Positions 9,088 to 18,933 of a stretch of DNA of 64,000 nucleotides are shown piece by piece (positions within the stretch are counted from its first letter, which is position 1; each line of letters begins with the position of its first letter). Under the pieces are notes generated by a model. That model was not told the origin of the DNA and did no database searches. It saw nothing but the letters and a program-made list of their open reading frames with translations. The stretch lies in IMG/VR virus record IMGVR_UViG_3300025018_000091; one strand, written 5' to 3'. Origin of the DNA: a virus. Lineage: Duplodnaviria; Caudoviricetes. The position numbers and the translations under genes were made by a program.

Positions 9088-9884
9088 ATAGAACTCCTAT
9101 CTGTAATAATTTCTACACGATCTTTATGAACATATACAGAATGTTCTGCATGAGCACAAATCCCATCTGCTTTAACTGTCCATCCGTCAGACAATACTCG
9201 TGTATGAGTGGAGCCCATAACTAACATAGGTTCTATAGCAATTACTAATCCTGGTTGGATTCTAATTCCACTATCCAATTCAGATTTATTATCTACAAAT
9301 GGTGGAGTATGAGGTGCATTCCATGATAAACCATGACCTCCGTATTTGGTTATTACAGTAAATCCATTACCTTTAGCAGATTTATGAATAGCATCACCGA
9401 TTACACCTAAGTGTTTATCAATTTCAATAGCGGCAATTCCTTTAGCCAAAGCCTCTTCTGTTGCCTCTATAATCTTTTTGTGCCATTCATATTTTGGTTG
9501 ACCATAGATACAAGTAATTGCAGTATCTGCAATTGCTTTCTCATAAGTTACACCAACATCAAATGTAATAACATCACCATCTTGTAAATAATAATCTTTA
9601 GGAATGCCATGAACCAGTTGTTCATTAACAGAAACACATAAAGCTGATGGAAAGCCTTTATATCCTTTGAATGTAGGGAAGCCGCCCTGATCTATAATCA
9701 GAAGTTCTGCTAGATCATTTAAGGAAGTTAATGATAGTTTAGTTTTATCATTAACTTCCTTTTCTAATCTTTTAAGAACTTTTGCGGCAATAATACCGGC
9801 ACATCTTTGTTTTTGTAACCAATTATTATCCTGCAAAGGAAAAAAGCCGCTTGATTCAAACGACTCTTTTGATATAACTTTCAT
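9084..9884 (-). CDS. map: Type I methionine aminopeptidase
   Basis: GFPSALCVSVNEQLVHGIP, DVITFDVGV, DTAIT, GHGL, IAIEPM, AHAEHSV: D, D, H, E, E metal ligands all present. Confidence 0.95.
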   Translation of the reverse strand: MKVISKESFESSGFFPLQDNNWLQKQRCAGIIAAKVLKRLEKEVNDKTKLSLTSLNDLAELLIIDQGGFPTFKGYKGFPSALCVSVNEQLVHGIPKDYYLQDGDVITFDVGVTYEKAIADTAITCIYGQPKYEWHKKIIEATEEALAKGIAAIEIDKHLGVIGDAIHKSAKGNGFTVITKYGGHGLSWNAPHTPPFVDNKSELDSGIRIQPGLVIAIEPMLVMGSTHTRVLSDGWTVKADGICAHAEHSVYVHKDRVEIITDRSSI

Positions 9885-9900
9885 TTATCTTACCTCTATA

Positions 9901-10161
9901 TTAAGAATTATTTTTCATACCGAATTTTATGTTAGTTGTACGCGCTGCTTCTTCTACAACTTTTCTAACATCTTCATATCCAATATATTCTTTAAATGAC
10001 TCTGTTTTTAATAAACCAACTATTTTTTTGTCAATTAGAATCAAAGTATTATTCATTTCATTGACAGTGGGCTTATCTAATACTGGATTTCCCATTGTAT
10101 TAGATAAATATTGTCTAATTTGTATTAGATCTGTTATTTCTTTTATTTCTACTGGATACAT
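9901..10161 (-). CDS. Hypothetical helical protein
   Basis: 86-aa ORF in operon context. Confidence 0.7.
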   Translation of the reverse strand: MYPVEIKEITDLIQIRQYLSNTMGNPVLDKPTVNEMNNTLILIDKKIVGLLKTESFKEYIGYEDVRKVVEEAARTTNIKFGMKNNS

Positions 10162-10167
10162 ATCAAC

Positions 10168-10437
10168 TCACTTCTGTGATTGATTGGCTGCGCCTCTCAG
10201 AATCTTACCACTTTCATCAATAGCATCAGCTTCAGTCAATCCATACTTCATATATAATTGTAGAACTACATATTTATAGGATATATCTGCTGTATCATTT
10301 TGAGCTAAAGCTTTTTCTGCCTGCGCTAAAGCTAAATGTCTTTTAGACTTAGCTAATTCCAAAGCCATTCTATCTAATTCTTTAAGTTGCTCAACCTGTG
10401 GCACAGGCTTTACTTCCTTAGTTTCTTCATCGCCCAT
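10168..10437 (-). CDS. Hypothetical coiled-coil protein
   Basis: 89 aa with heptad-like helix; GGAG SD upstream. Confidence 0.7.
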   Translation of the reverse strand: MGDEETKEVKPVPQVEQLKELDRMALELAKSKRHLALAQAEKALAQNDTADISYKYVVLQLYMKYGLTEADAIDESGKILRGAANQSQK

Positions 10438-10446
10438 AATAACTCC

Positions 10447-11757
10447 TTACAATATCTCTGCTGCTAATGTTGCTAATTTACTACGCTCACCTTGTGTAAA
10501 TGTAATATGACCAGCTAAATCTGACTTCTTAAATTTTTCAATTACATAAGTCAAACCATTACTGGTTGCATCTAACACAGAGTTGTCAATTTGCTCTATA
10601 TCACCTGTAAGAATAATTTTGGTTCCTTCTCCAGCACGAGTTAATACGGTTTTGACATCTTCTTTAGAAAGATTTTGACATTCATCAAGCAAAATTATAG
10701 AATTAGGAATGCTTCTACCACGAACATATGTAATGGCTTCCATTTCAACTCTACCCTTTTTCTGATACATCTCTAGCTCACGTTTCCAGTCGCCACCATT
10801 CTTACTATGAAATAAAGTTTCAAAATTATCCATGATGGCTTGGAACCAAGGTGCTAGTTTTTCTTCCATAGTACCAGGTAAGAATCCAATATCACTTCCA
10901 ACTGGTTGAATTGGACGATAGATAATGAATTTTTCATATTCTTTTCTATTGATAACTAGTTCTAATGCTGCAGCTAAAACAATTAAACTTTTACCAGTTC
11001 CAGCTCTTCCAATTAATGTAACTAGATCAATTTTCTTATCCATAATCATATCGACTGCAAAAGACTGTTCCTTATTTCTACAAGCAATATTCCATGGATA
11101 TGTTTTCTTAATTAGTTTTAATTTGTTAGGTTCAACTTTACGAGCCAGAGCTATTCCGCCGCCAGATGTATCTTCAAAAAACGCGCACTCATTAGGATTT
11201 AGCTCTATTCCATACAATTCAGGATCAATGAATCCCTTCTTTTGTAAATCTAAACCAGCATCTTCATCAACAATAACTTGGCTACCAGCATATAGATCAC
11301 TCAAAGAGCATTTTGGAGCTTCATGAGCTATAGCATTAATGCCTCTTGCCTTAGCTTTAATGCGTAAATTTACGTCATTACTTACTAATGTTACGTCATC
11401 ATTAACATTTACGCAATGAGCGTTATAGGCAGCAACCAATATATGAGTATCTGGATAATATGGATCTCCAAATCCTTTATATGTATCTGATTTTAAATCA
11501 TAATATGTAGCATCTACTCTTAATAGAATATCACTATCTAATAAAACTCCGGTACTAATATCTCCAAGGTCGCTGGCTTTATCTAGAAGTCTGCAACAAA
11601 CTCTAGCATTTCTTCCTGCTTCTCCTATAGATAACTTCTTTTTATCTAATTCATTAACTACTATAATTGGAATTATTACATCACTATTAGTGAAATGTTT
11701 GTAGGCACTAGGATCATCAATCAAAACTGAAGTGTCTAATATGTATATTTTTCTCAT
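10447..11757 (-). CDS. phoH: PIN-PhoH (PhoH2/YlaK-like) ATPase-RNase
   Basis: N-terminal PIN domain (ILDTSVL, VVNELD, DTHIL, SNDVNLR); GRAGTGKS Walker A; GFLPG; YVRGRSI; LDECQN; LTRAGEG; GDIEQID. Confidence 0.92.
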   Translation of the reverse strand: MRKIYILDTSVLIDDPSAYKHFTNSDVIIPIIVVNELDKKKLSIGEAGRNARVCCRLLDKASDLGDISTGVLLDSDILLRVDATYYDLKSDTYKGFGDPYYPDTHILVAAYNAHCVNVNDDVTLVSNDVNLRIKAKARGINAIAHEAPKCSLSDLYAGSQVIVDEDAGLDLQKKGFIDPELYGIELNPNECAFFEDTSGGGIALARKVEPNKLKLIKKTYPWNIACRNKEQSFAVDMIMDKKIDLVTLIGRAGTGKSLIVLAAALELVINRKEYEKFIIYRPIQPVGSDIGFLPGTMEEKLAPWFQAIMDNFETLFHSKNGGDWKRELEMYQKKGRVEMEAITYVRGRSIPNSIILLDECQNLSKEDVKTVLTRAGEGTKIILTGDIEQIDNSVLDATSNGLTYVIEKFKKSDLAGHITFTQGERSKLATLAAEIL

Positions 11758-12125
11758 TATTGCTCTTGTTCTTCAAAGATTGTCCAAAAATTAATTGTCA
11801 TTTCCATGTATAATTGTTTTTTAGGATCAAGCTCACGTAAATCGCGTTTTAGCTTGTATGTACTTTTGAACCATTCTCCTACTAATTCTCGTTCAACATA
11901 AACTTGCATGTGTCCATCTAAATCGTCTATAACTTGAATACCATAAGTTGCCAAGATAGTTCTTAATTTAACTCTCTGGTCAATAGACAAACTGGTGCCC
12001 GTCGTCCAGAAATCATCGACTGTGACACCCATTTGTTCCAACAAATTTCTAAGAAAACTAAGTTTCTCTTCTTCCTCAATTTGTTTTACATTCTCATTAT
12101 AGTTGAGAAGAATTGTTCCTTGCAT
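11757..12125 (-). CDS. Hypothetical protein
   Basis: 122-aa ORF coupled to phoH. Confidence 0.7.
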   Translation of the reverse strand: MQGTILLNYNENVKQIEEEEKLSFLRNLLEQMGVTVDDFWTTGTSLSIDQRVKLRTILATYGIQVIDDLDGHMQVYVERELVGEWFKSTYKLKRDLRELDPKKQLYMEMTINFWTIFEEQEQ

Positions 12126-12167
12126 TTGCTATAATACCAATTAATTCGTAGTGTTATATTTATTTCG

Positions 12168-14684
12168 TTATCCACACTTACTATTTTTACAGGCAGTACA
12201 TAATACACAGCCTTCTTGATATACTAATGTCCCTTGTGCGCCACATGCAAGACATTTCTTCTCTGCAGTGAACGTACTTCCATCTTTAATATAAGTTTTT
12301 AGAACCCTAGCTATAACTCTAGAAAATGAAGTCATCTCAGAAAACTTATCTTTTGTTAATTGTTCAACAACAAATTGAATTGGAGTTCCATGACGCATTG
12401 CTAATGAAATTGTTCTTGTAAATGCTCCATAATTCTTATTTTCAAAGATGTTCGCAATATCTTTTAATATCATCTGATCGTCATCCTCACCTACGACTAA
12501 ATTATAAGCAGTAATTCCATCAGAATTTTTACCATTTTTAACAATTTTTCCAGTTTTATATTTATTGGGTATGTCAATATACTTAGATAATCCGCCAAAG
12601 ACTTCATATGGTTTGCCATTAATTAACCCAATAAAGATAGTCCAAGCTTCTCCATCAACCTTAGACTTCTTAATATGACATGGTAGTTCTAATGGTCTTT
12701 TTGGAGCAGTATTATATCCAATTTCATCGGGTCTATCAGATAATGATTTGTTTTTCTGAGAAGATTCTTCTTTAATCAATACTCCTGCACGACAACCATC
12801 ACGATATACTGTAAATCCTTTACATCCTAATTCCCAAGCTTTCATATAAACTTCAGATACTAATTCTTTTGTTGCATCAGCTGGAAGGTTACATGTTTTA
12901 CTAATAGAATGATCTACAGATTTTTGTGCAGCAGCTTGTACTTCAACAGAGGCTAACCAATCAATTTCTGTAGCTGTTGCGCCCCAATAGGGAGACTCTT
13001 CAATGTTAGTGTTACCAGTTATCTCCATCCATTTCTTAACACCAGGATGGTATATTGTAAATTCTTGCCATCTATCTCCCATTGCATCTATAAAATCAAC
13101 TCTGGCATTTTTGTCAGACGGATTTATCTTCTTACGACGAACATACGTTAACATATATGCAGGCTCAATTCCAGATGTTGTTTGAGTTAAAGTAGATACA
13201 GAACCGGTTGGTGCAGTAGTAGTTAAAGCAATATTACGACGACCAGTATTTTTCCACATAGCTTTAACTGTTCTTCCAGCATCCTTCATAATACTATTTA
13301 AATAATTATGATTCTTTTCTTTCTTAAAATTAAAGATAGGGAAAGCACCACGTTCTTTAGCAAGAATACAAGAGGATGTATGGGCAGCAACAGCTAATGC
13401 TCTATAAATATCATAAGTTAATTTTACAGATTCTGGAGAGCCATATCTAACACCCATCATAGCCATAGTATCACCGAGAGCGGTTGGTCCTAGACCAGTT
13501 CTACGTCCACCCATGATAGCTTTTCTAATCTTTTCCCATAGATTAAGCTCAACAATTTTTGCCTCCATAGGTTCAGGATCTGCTTTAACTTTAGCTATAA
13601 TTCTATCAATACATTCAATTTCTAAATCAACGATATCATCCATTAATCTTTGAGCAATGATAGCATGTTTATGAAACAATTTATAATCGAAAGAGGCTTT
13701 AGGAGTAAATGGATTTTTCACATAAGATGAAATATTCAAGACTAATAATCTACAGGCATCATAAGCTGATAGAACAATTTCTCCACATGGATTTGTAGAA
13801 ATTGATCCATAGCCTTCTTCTTCATAGATATCTGAAGGTGTATTATCTTTTACATGGTCCCAAAATAATAAACCAGGTTCTGCATTATTCCAGGCAGAAT
13901 CAACTATTTGATCCCATATATCTTTGGCTTTGATTTGTTTTATAATTCGTGCATCTTTTGCATTTTTATCAACTGGCCAACGGAGAGTATAGTCTTCATT
14001 ATCTTTTACTGCATTCATAAATTCATTGTATAAACGAATAGATATGTTTGCGCCAGTTACTCTCTTGCGATCACGTTTGATATTGATAAAAGTTTCAATC
14101 TCCGGATGTTTTCCAGAGATTGTAAGCATTTCGGCACCTCTTCGTCCATTTTGAGCGACCTCTCTACATGTATTAGAGAAGCGATCCATGAATACTCCAA
14201 GACCATCTGTAGTTTTTGCTGCGTTATTTGTTATAGCATCTTTTGGTCTTATTCCAGAAATATCTGCTCCACATCCACCACGACGTTTCATGATTTGTGC
14301 CAGCTCTTGATCAGCCAGCATAATACCACCATATGAATCTAATTTATCTGTATACACACCCTGAATTACAAAACAATTAGAAAGGCTTTGTAATTGATAT
14401 TTATTTCCAATAGCAGACATTGGACTTCCTTGCGGAACAATATATTTAAAACGTTCTAATAGACTAAAAATTTCCTCTTCTGTTAATGGATTTGGATATT
14501 TAGATTCTATTCTAGCAAATTCTTTTGCCAAACGATGGTGCATATCTTCTGGAGTTAATTCCAAATAAATGCCTTCTTGATTTTGTAAAGCATATTTATC
14601 AACAAAAACTTTGGCGGCGAACTCATCTCCGTTAAAATAATCTAGAGTCGCATCAAAAACCTGAGAGTATACGTATCCTGTCAT
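12168..14684 (-). CDS. nrdJ: Class II (B12-dependent) ribonucleotide reductase with C-terminal TSCPD-like/Zn-ribbon domain
   Basis: SLSNCFV, RRGAEM, TNPCGE, RRTGLG, APTGSVS, TSGIEP, DHSISKTCNLP, GCKGFTVYRDGCR; terminal CLACG...EGCVLCTACKNSKC; no beta-subunit gene nearby; no intein. Confidence 0.92.
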   Translation of the reverse strand: MTGYVYSQVFDATLDYFNGDEFAAKVFVDKYALQNQEGIYLELTPEDMHHRLAKEFARIESKYPNPLTEEEIFSLLERFKYIVPQGSPMSAIGNKYQLQSLSNCFVIQGVYTDKLDSYGGIMLADQELAQIMKRRGGCGADISGIRPKDAITNNAAKTTDGLGVFMDRFSNTCREVAQNGRRGAEMLTISGKHPEIETFINIKRDRKRVTGANISIRLYNEFMNAVKDNEDYTLRWPVDKNAKDARIIKQIKAKDIWDQIVDSAWNNAEPGLLFWDHVKDNTPSDIYEEEGYGSISTNPCGEIVLSAYDACRLLVLNISSYVKNPFTPKASFDYKLFHKHAIIAQRLMDDIVDLEIECIDRIIAKVKADPEPMEAKIVELNLWEKIRKAIMGGRRTGLGPTALGDTMAMMGVRYGSPESVKLTYDIYRALAVAAHTSSCILAKERGAFPIFNFKKEKNHNYLNSIMKDAGRTVKAMWKNTGRRNIALTTTAPTGSVSTLTQTTSGIEPAYMLTYVRRKKINPSDKNARVDFIDAMGDRWQEFTIYHPGVKKWMEITGNTNIEESPYWGATATEIDWLASVEVQAAAQKSVDHSISKTCNLPADATKELVSEVYMKAWELGCKGFTVYRDGCRAGVLIKEESSQKNKSLSDRPDEIGYNTAPKRPLELPCHIKKSKVDGEAWTIFIGLINGKPYEVFGGLSKYIDIPNKYKTGKIVKNGKNSDGITAYNLVVGEDDDQMILKDIANIFENKNYGAFTRTISLAMRHGTPIQFVVEQLTKDKFSEMTSFSRVIARVLKTYIKDGSTFTAEKKCLACGAQGTLVYQEGCVLCTACKNSKCG

Positions 14685-14728
14685 AATTCATCCTTGATAA
14701 GAATTAAGTTCAAACAAACAACATTACT

Positions 14729-15358
14729 TTATATTCTAATATGCTCTTTCATTATTGACAGAGAAGAATTAATCAATTTAATACAACTTATTCTAGAGAT
14801 ATTAAGTTTCTTGCAAATTTTATTGATAGACATTGGCTTGTCTCCATCAAACCCATAAGCAAGGCTAATAATTTCTTTTTGGTCATTATTTAAGAAAGAT
14901 AGTGCTCCTTGAATAGCACGATTCACTTGAATTTCTTCCAATTCTTTATCTGGACAATATTTTTCTTCAATCAAAGTTGGCATTAATGCTTCTTTATGAG
15001 GAGTATTATTTTTAGCAACTTTTAATGGAAATCTAATTGTAGTATGTAGATTAGCGCTTCTAGAAATTCTAGTATCAATATATTTGTGTGCCCACCAGAA
15101 AAAAGATCCTTTATTCTTATCGTAGTTATTCATAGACTTAATCAAGGCTTCAAAACCTTCTTGATTAAGATCATCATAATTGCTAAACGCCTTATAACGT
15201 CCCGTTTTCATTGTAACTAAATACTTGAATTTTGACATGCAAATACGTTCATGCTTTGTTAGCTGCTTTTTTATAGAGGGATCATCAGAGTTTTTGCTCT
15301 TTTCTCTGAGATCAATTAACGTAGTCATCAGGTCTTGGGCTTCTTGTTCTGTCAACAT
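14729..15358 (-). CDS. Phage sigma70-family sigma factor (regions 2 and 4)
   Basis: DDLNQEGFEALIKSMNNYDKNKGSFFWWAHKYI (region 2); C-terminal HTH PMSINKICKKLNISRISC. Confidence 0.88.
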   Translation of the reverse strand: MLTEQEAQDLMTTLIDLREKSKNSDDPSIKKQLTKHERICMSKFKYLVTMKTGRYKAFSNYDDLNQEGFEALIKSMNNYDKNKGSFFWWAHKYIDTRISRSANLHTTIRFPLKVAKNNTPHKEALMPTLIEEKYCPDKELEEIQVNRAIQGALSFLNNDQKEIISLAYGFDGDKPMSINKICKKLNISRISCIKLINSSLSIMKEHIRI

Positions 15359-15439
15359 TCTTATCTCTCTCTCGAATAAAGTACTGATATACTTAATTAT
15401 TGATACTAGTATAATATTACTAATTACTAATGAATTTCA

Positions 15440-15598
15440 CTAATTTCTTTTAGAAATCTCTTCTTCTAATAATTCAATAACCGATTCAATAGATGATTTT
15501 ATAATCTCATCATCATCTAACTCTAATACAAATTTTAATAGATCTGCAATATGTTGCAAACGTTGTTTTGAATTTCTATTAGAAGGTGTTTTGGGCAT
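15440..15598 (-). CDS. Small hypothetical protein (52 aa)
   Basis: Manual translation MPKTPSNRNSKQRLQHIADLLKFVLELDDDEIIKSSIESVIELLEEEISKRN; starts 3 nt after the upstream stop. Confidence 0.65.
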   Translation of the reverse strand: MPKTPSNRNSKQRLQHIADLLKFVLELDDDEIIKSSIESVIELLEEEISKRN

Positions 15599-15601
15599 AA
15601 G

Positions 15602-15802
15602 TTAACTATAGCCATTGCTAGCCCAGCCGGAACCTCCGCGTTTTAATACGAAAATTCCGCCTGATGCGATTAATCTGGTTACCTTGTTGGGAGGATCAAT
15701 ATTTTCTTCCTTACACAATGGACATTCTGTAAGTTCCTCTTTTATAGAATGAGACTCCTCGAATTCTCCATGAATTTCACACTTGTATAAATACGTTGGC
15801 AT
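15602..15802 (-). CDS. FmdB-family zinc-ribbon protein
   Basis: MPTYLYKC..HGEFE....I......CP.C...RLI....FVLK..G.GW. Confidence 0.85.
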   Translation of the reverse strand: MPTYLYKCEIHGEFEESHSIKEELTECPLCKEENIDPPNKVTRLIASGGIFVLKRGGSGWASNGYS

Positions 15803-15813
15803 ATTATCCCTAT

Positions 15814-15841
15814 AATCTAATTATGATATTTTTATTGTCAA
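15814..15841 (-). promoter_or_regulatory. Sigma70-type promoter TTGACA-N16-TAGATT
   Basis: Read directly in the 15802-15857 gap; same spacing as the sites at 20809 and 33253. Confidence 0.55.
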
Positions 15842-15856
15842 TCCCGACATTTTTTA

Positions 15857-16162
15857 TTATCTTTTTCTACGGTCCATTTTTGTCTGTAATTCATGATACT
15901 TAGATTCACCAAGCATATTTGCATATACATTAGTGTTATTAGCCATCTCTTTTTTAAGTTGCTTGGCGTCATTTTTACATTTATCAATTAAATCTTGACC
16001 GGTTAATTCGACAACCCCTTTACCACCAAGAGATATCATTCTTTTAGCTGTTTCTTGTAAACATTTTGGACATTGTGTTGGAGGATCCTGTTTAATTGAA
16101 TATTCATCTTCCCATTCGTGTTTACACTCAGGGTTTTGACACTGATGCTCGTAAATAGCCAT
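15857..16162 (-). CDS. FmdB-family zinc-ribbon protein with C-terminal helical extension
   Basis: MAIYEHQC...C.HEWE...SI...P...CPKC.....KRMIS. Confidence 0.85.
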   Translation of the reverse strand: MAIYEHQCQNPECKHEWEDEYSIKQDPPTQCPKCLQETAKRMISLGGKGVVELTGQDLIDKCKNDAKQLKKEMANNTNVYANMLGESKYHELQTKMDRRKR

Positions 16163-16350
16163 TATCTTTCCTTTGTTTCATTGACCAATAATCGATCTAT
16201 TAGTCTATATTCTATATCATTAACCCAATTAGACTTTATAAAATTCTTGTGCTTTTCATTCTTAATTTCAAAAACTATAAATAGCTTTCCTGTTGTTTCT
16301 TCATATTCTAATCTAACAGCTTCACCAATGATTTCTTCATAATTTTTCAT
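16162..16350 (-). CDS. Small hypothetical protein
   Basis: 62-aa ORF with GAGG SD, coupled to the downstream gene. Confidence 0.65.
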   Translation of the reverse strand: MKNYEEIIGEAVRLEYEETTGKLFIVFEIKNEKHKNFIKSNWVNDIEYRLIDRLLVNETKER

Positions 16351-16376
16351 GATTACCTCATTAGTTAAATGCCTTA

Positions 16377-17786
16377 TTATATGTCTAATAGTTCAATTTT
16401 TTCAGATATATCATCTGGGTCTCTCATGATAAATTCTGTAGTATCTTCATCAATCTTGTCATCCAATAATGTGCCATTAGCCAAATTTTTAATAATACGA
16501 CCTTTACCTAATTCACCATCTCTATTCTTTATTAAATGATACAACATGTCAGGATATTGTTTTTCATTTGGTCTAGTTTCGATTTGTACAGCAATATTTG
16601 CGTTTTGTAAAATTAATGCTGAACGTCCGACTCTATGAAGACCAATCTTTTCTTCTGCATCTTTAGATGGTTTTGCTCTATTAAGTTGAACTGCACTCAA
16701 TACTATACAATTATGAACTCTAGCAAATTCATGGATTTTTTCAGCAATCTTACCTAGCTTTAACCAATCTTCCATGTCTGCGCCTTCATACGCCATTAAA
16801 CCCAGATAGTCAATTACAATAATTTTTGGATCGTAATTAGCTCGAACATCCTCGTAAATAAGTTCAAGACTTTCCATCGTTGCACCACGAGGAATGTCTA
16901 TAATCTCAAACTCATAAGGATAGTTTTTAATAAAACGCAAAACCTTTTTAAGCTTTATTGCCTCATCAGGGTTTAAAGAGGCATTTCTAATTTTCTTTGA
17001 AGGGTTTCCGGACATACGCGATAATACACGGTTTAAACATGGTTTAAATGGCATCTCCAAAGAGAAATATAAAACATTATTTCCTGATTTCCAGTCACCA
17101 GTCATGTCTATATTATTTTCTTGTAGCCACATCTGTACTGCTATGTTCATCAATAACATTGATTTACCAGCACCAGATTCAGCCCCAATCAATAAAAGCT
17201 CTCCATCACGCAAACCATCCGTAGCATAATCTAAATATGAATATCCCGTCTTTATCCCCCTATCAAAATTGGGATCGGTCATTTTTGCATTATATTCATC
17301 TCTAAAAATTGGAATCGCTTCTTTTAAAGTCTTTCTTTCATATGCTTTAACTTCGCTCAAGCTTTTTATTGATTGCAAGGTTTTTTGCATATCTAAAACG
17401 GCTCTGCCTACATCCATGCTTCCTGGTTGTAATTTTACAAACTTATCCTTCATCGAAGAAAGCTCTCGTTCAGCATATCTGTTCTTAAACTTCTCAAGAT
17501 CATGCTTAAACTCTGAGTCGACAATGTTTACCTTATCTAATTGCTCCCAAATTCCCTTAATATAAGCAATAAGTTTGTCGTTATTTCCTTTTTCAAGCTT
17601 TTCAGTTATTACTCTTAATGTTGGAATATCTTTATAAGTTTTGGTATAGCCAACTATTAAATTGGCTGCATTCCAGGCTTCTGCTGAAAATAATTTGGTA
17701 TCACATTCATTTGCAAAATCTAATGCATGCTTCTTATTTGTGATAAGGTTTTTAAGAATAGTTAAATCTAACTCTGGTAAACTCAT
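16377..17786 (-). CDS. dnaB: Replicative DNA helicase, DnaB-like
   Basis: GIKTGYSYLD, GAESGAGKS, YFSLEM, IVIDYL, SAVQLNR, KNRDG; no intein. Confidence 0.93.
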   Translation of the reverse strand: MSLPELDLTILKNLITNKKHALDFANECDTKLFSAEAWNAANLIVGYTKTYKDIPTLRVITEKLEKGNNDKLIAYIKGIWEQLDKVNIVDSEFKHDLEKFKNRYAERELSSMKDKFVKLQPGSMDVGRAVLDMQKTLQSIKSLSEVKAYERKTLKEAIPIFRDEYNAKMTDPNFDRGIKTGYSYLDYATDGLRDGELLLIGAESGAGKSMLLMNIAVQMWLQENNIDMTGDWKSGNNVLYFSLEMPFKPCLNRVLSRMSGNPSKKIRNASLNPDEAIKLKKVLRFIKNYPYEFEIIDIPRGATMESLELIYEDVRANYDPKIIVIDYLGLMAYEGADMEDWLKLGKIAEKIHEFARVHNCIVLSAVQLNRAKPSKDAEEKIGLHRVGRSALILQNANIAVQIETRPNEKQYPDMLYHLIKNRDGELGKGRIIKNLANGTLLDDKIDEDTTEFIMRDPDDISEKIELLDI

Positions 17787-18487
17787 TATTTCTTCTTTCT
17801 AAAATCTTCACCAAAAACAGGAAATGTTTTTAGATAACCATGCATTAAACTATCAATGCTTTGTTTTAATGGACCATTAAAACTCTCAACTATATTGGGA
17901 CTATTTGTACACATAAGCGTTGGTAATTTATTTTGACTACGACTTCTAAATACTCCCTCTAAACTGCGCGCATATAAATCAGCAGCATTTTCAGATGGCA
18001 TAAATCTAGAATCAAACTCATCAATTACTAAAAAATCAACTAAAGCAAGTTCTCTCTTAGCTAAAAACTTATCTTCGCCTATTCCTTGAGTTACAACATT
18101 AACAATGTCACTCAGCGTAGAATACAAACAAGAAAATCCCTTTTGACTAGCTTTCTTTAATATACATGTAACAGTCATTGTTTTACCCAAACCATGACCT
18201 CCAGCAAAACATATTGAATTACCATTAATATATGATGATTTTAAATCTGCTGTATATTCATCGTATTTAACCAATAATCTTGGGTCGCCATGAAAATCTC
18301 TTTCCATCTTAAGAGTCCAATATTCTATTGGGATATTACTTTCGGCATATCGATTAACCGCAATCATTTTTATTATTTTATCTTTAGGTTCGTCACTCCC
18401 ATGTTCAATAACTGATAGAAGTTCTAATAGTTTTTTTCTAGGAATACTATTAAGAGATTTACTCCTTACAAAATCTAATGAATCCAT
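17786..18487 (-). CDS. DnaC/IstB-like AAA+ helicase loader
   Basis: Walker A GGHGLGKT; Walker B FLVIDEF; PTLMCTN; directly upstream of dnaB with TAATG overlap. Confidence 0.85.
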   Translation of the reverse strand: MDSLDFVRSKSLNSIPRKKLLELLSVIEHGSDEPKDKIIKMIAVNRYAESNIPIEYWTLKMERDFHGDPRLLVKYDEYTADLKSSYINGNSICFAGGHGLGKTMTVTCILKKASQKGFSCLYSTLSDIVNVVTQGIGEDKFLAKRELALVDFLVIDEFDSRFMPSENAADLYARSLEGVFRSRSQNKLPTLMCTNSPNIVESFNGPLKQSIDSLMHGYLKTFPVFGEDFRKKK

Positions 18488-18933
18488 TATTTATTACCTT
18501 TTTTATTCAGTATATTTGGATAACCATATTGAACTGGTTTGACTTCAGTGATTTTATGATTATTCAGTCTAGCTGCAATTATTTTTTTTTCTTCTTCTAT
18601 TGCGGCTAAGTGTAATTCTGATATTTTTTTAGCACGTAATGATATAGGATTTATTTCTGAAAAATCTGGATCTTCATTCTCATCTTTTTGTGTGGGAATA
18701 AATGGTTTAGGTCTATTTTCTCGATCTTCATATACACTTTCAGCTTTCGGGTTTTCCTCTTTCATAACCTTAACAAGCATTATATCTTGCTCAGGATTTT
18801 GTATAATTAGATAGCTTTTACTATCTTCAGATCGTAAAATGAAATCTTCATCCCAAATATCTACAATTCCTTCAACACTCGTTCCATTTCGAAATAATAT
18901 CTTAACTAATTGACCTGGTACTAATTTTTTCAT
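18487..18933 (-). CDS. Hypothetical protein with an N-terminal Sm/LSm-like pattern
   Basis: VKILFRNGTSVEGIVDIWDEDFILRS resembles the Sm1 motif (V.I.L.NG..L.G.I..FD.F.ILL). Confidence 0.5.
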   Translation of the reverse strand: MKKLVPGQLVKILFRNGTSVEGIVDIWDEDFILRSEDSKSYLIIQNPEQDIMLVKVMKEENPKAESVYEDRENRPKPFIPTQKDENEDPDFSEINPISLRAKKISELHLAAIEEEKKIIAARLNNHKITEVKPVQYGYPNILNKKGNK

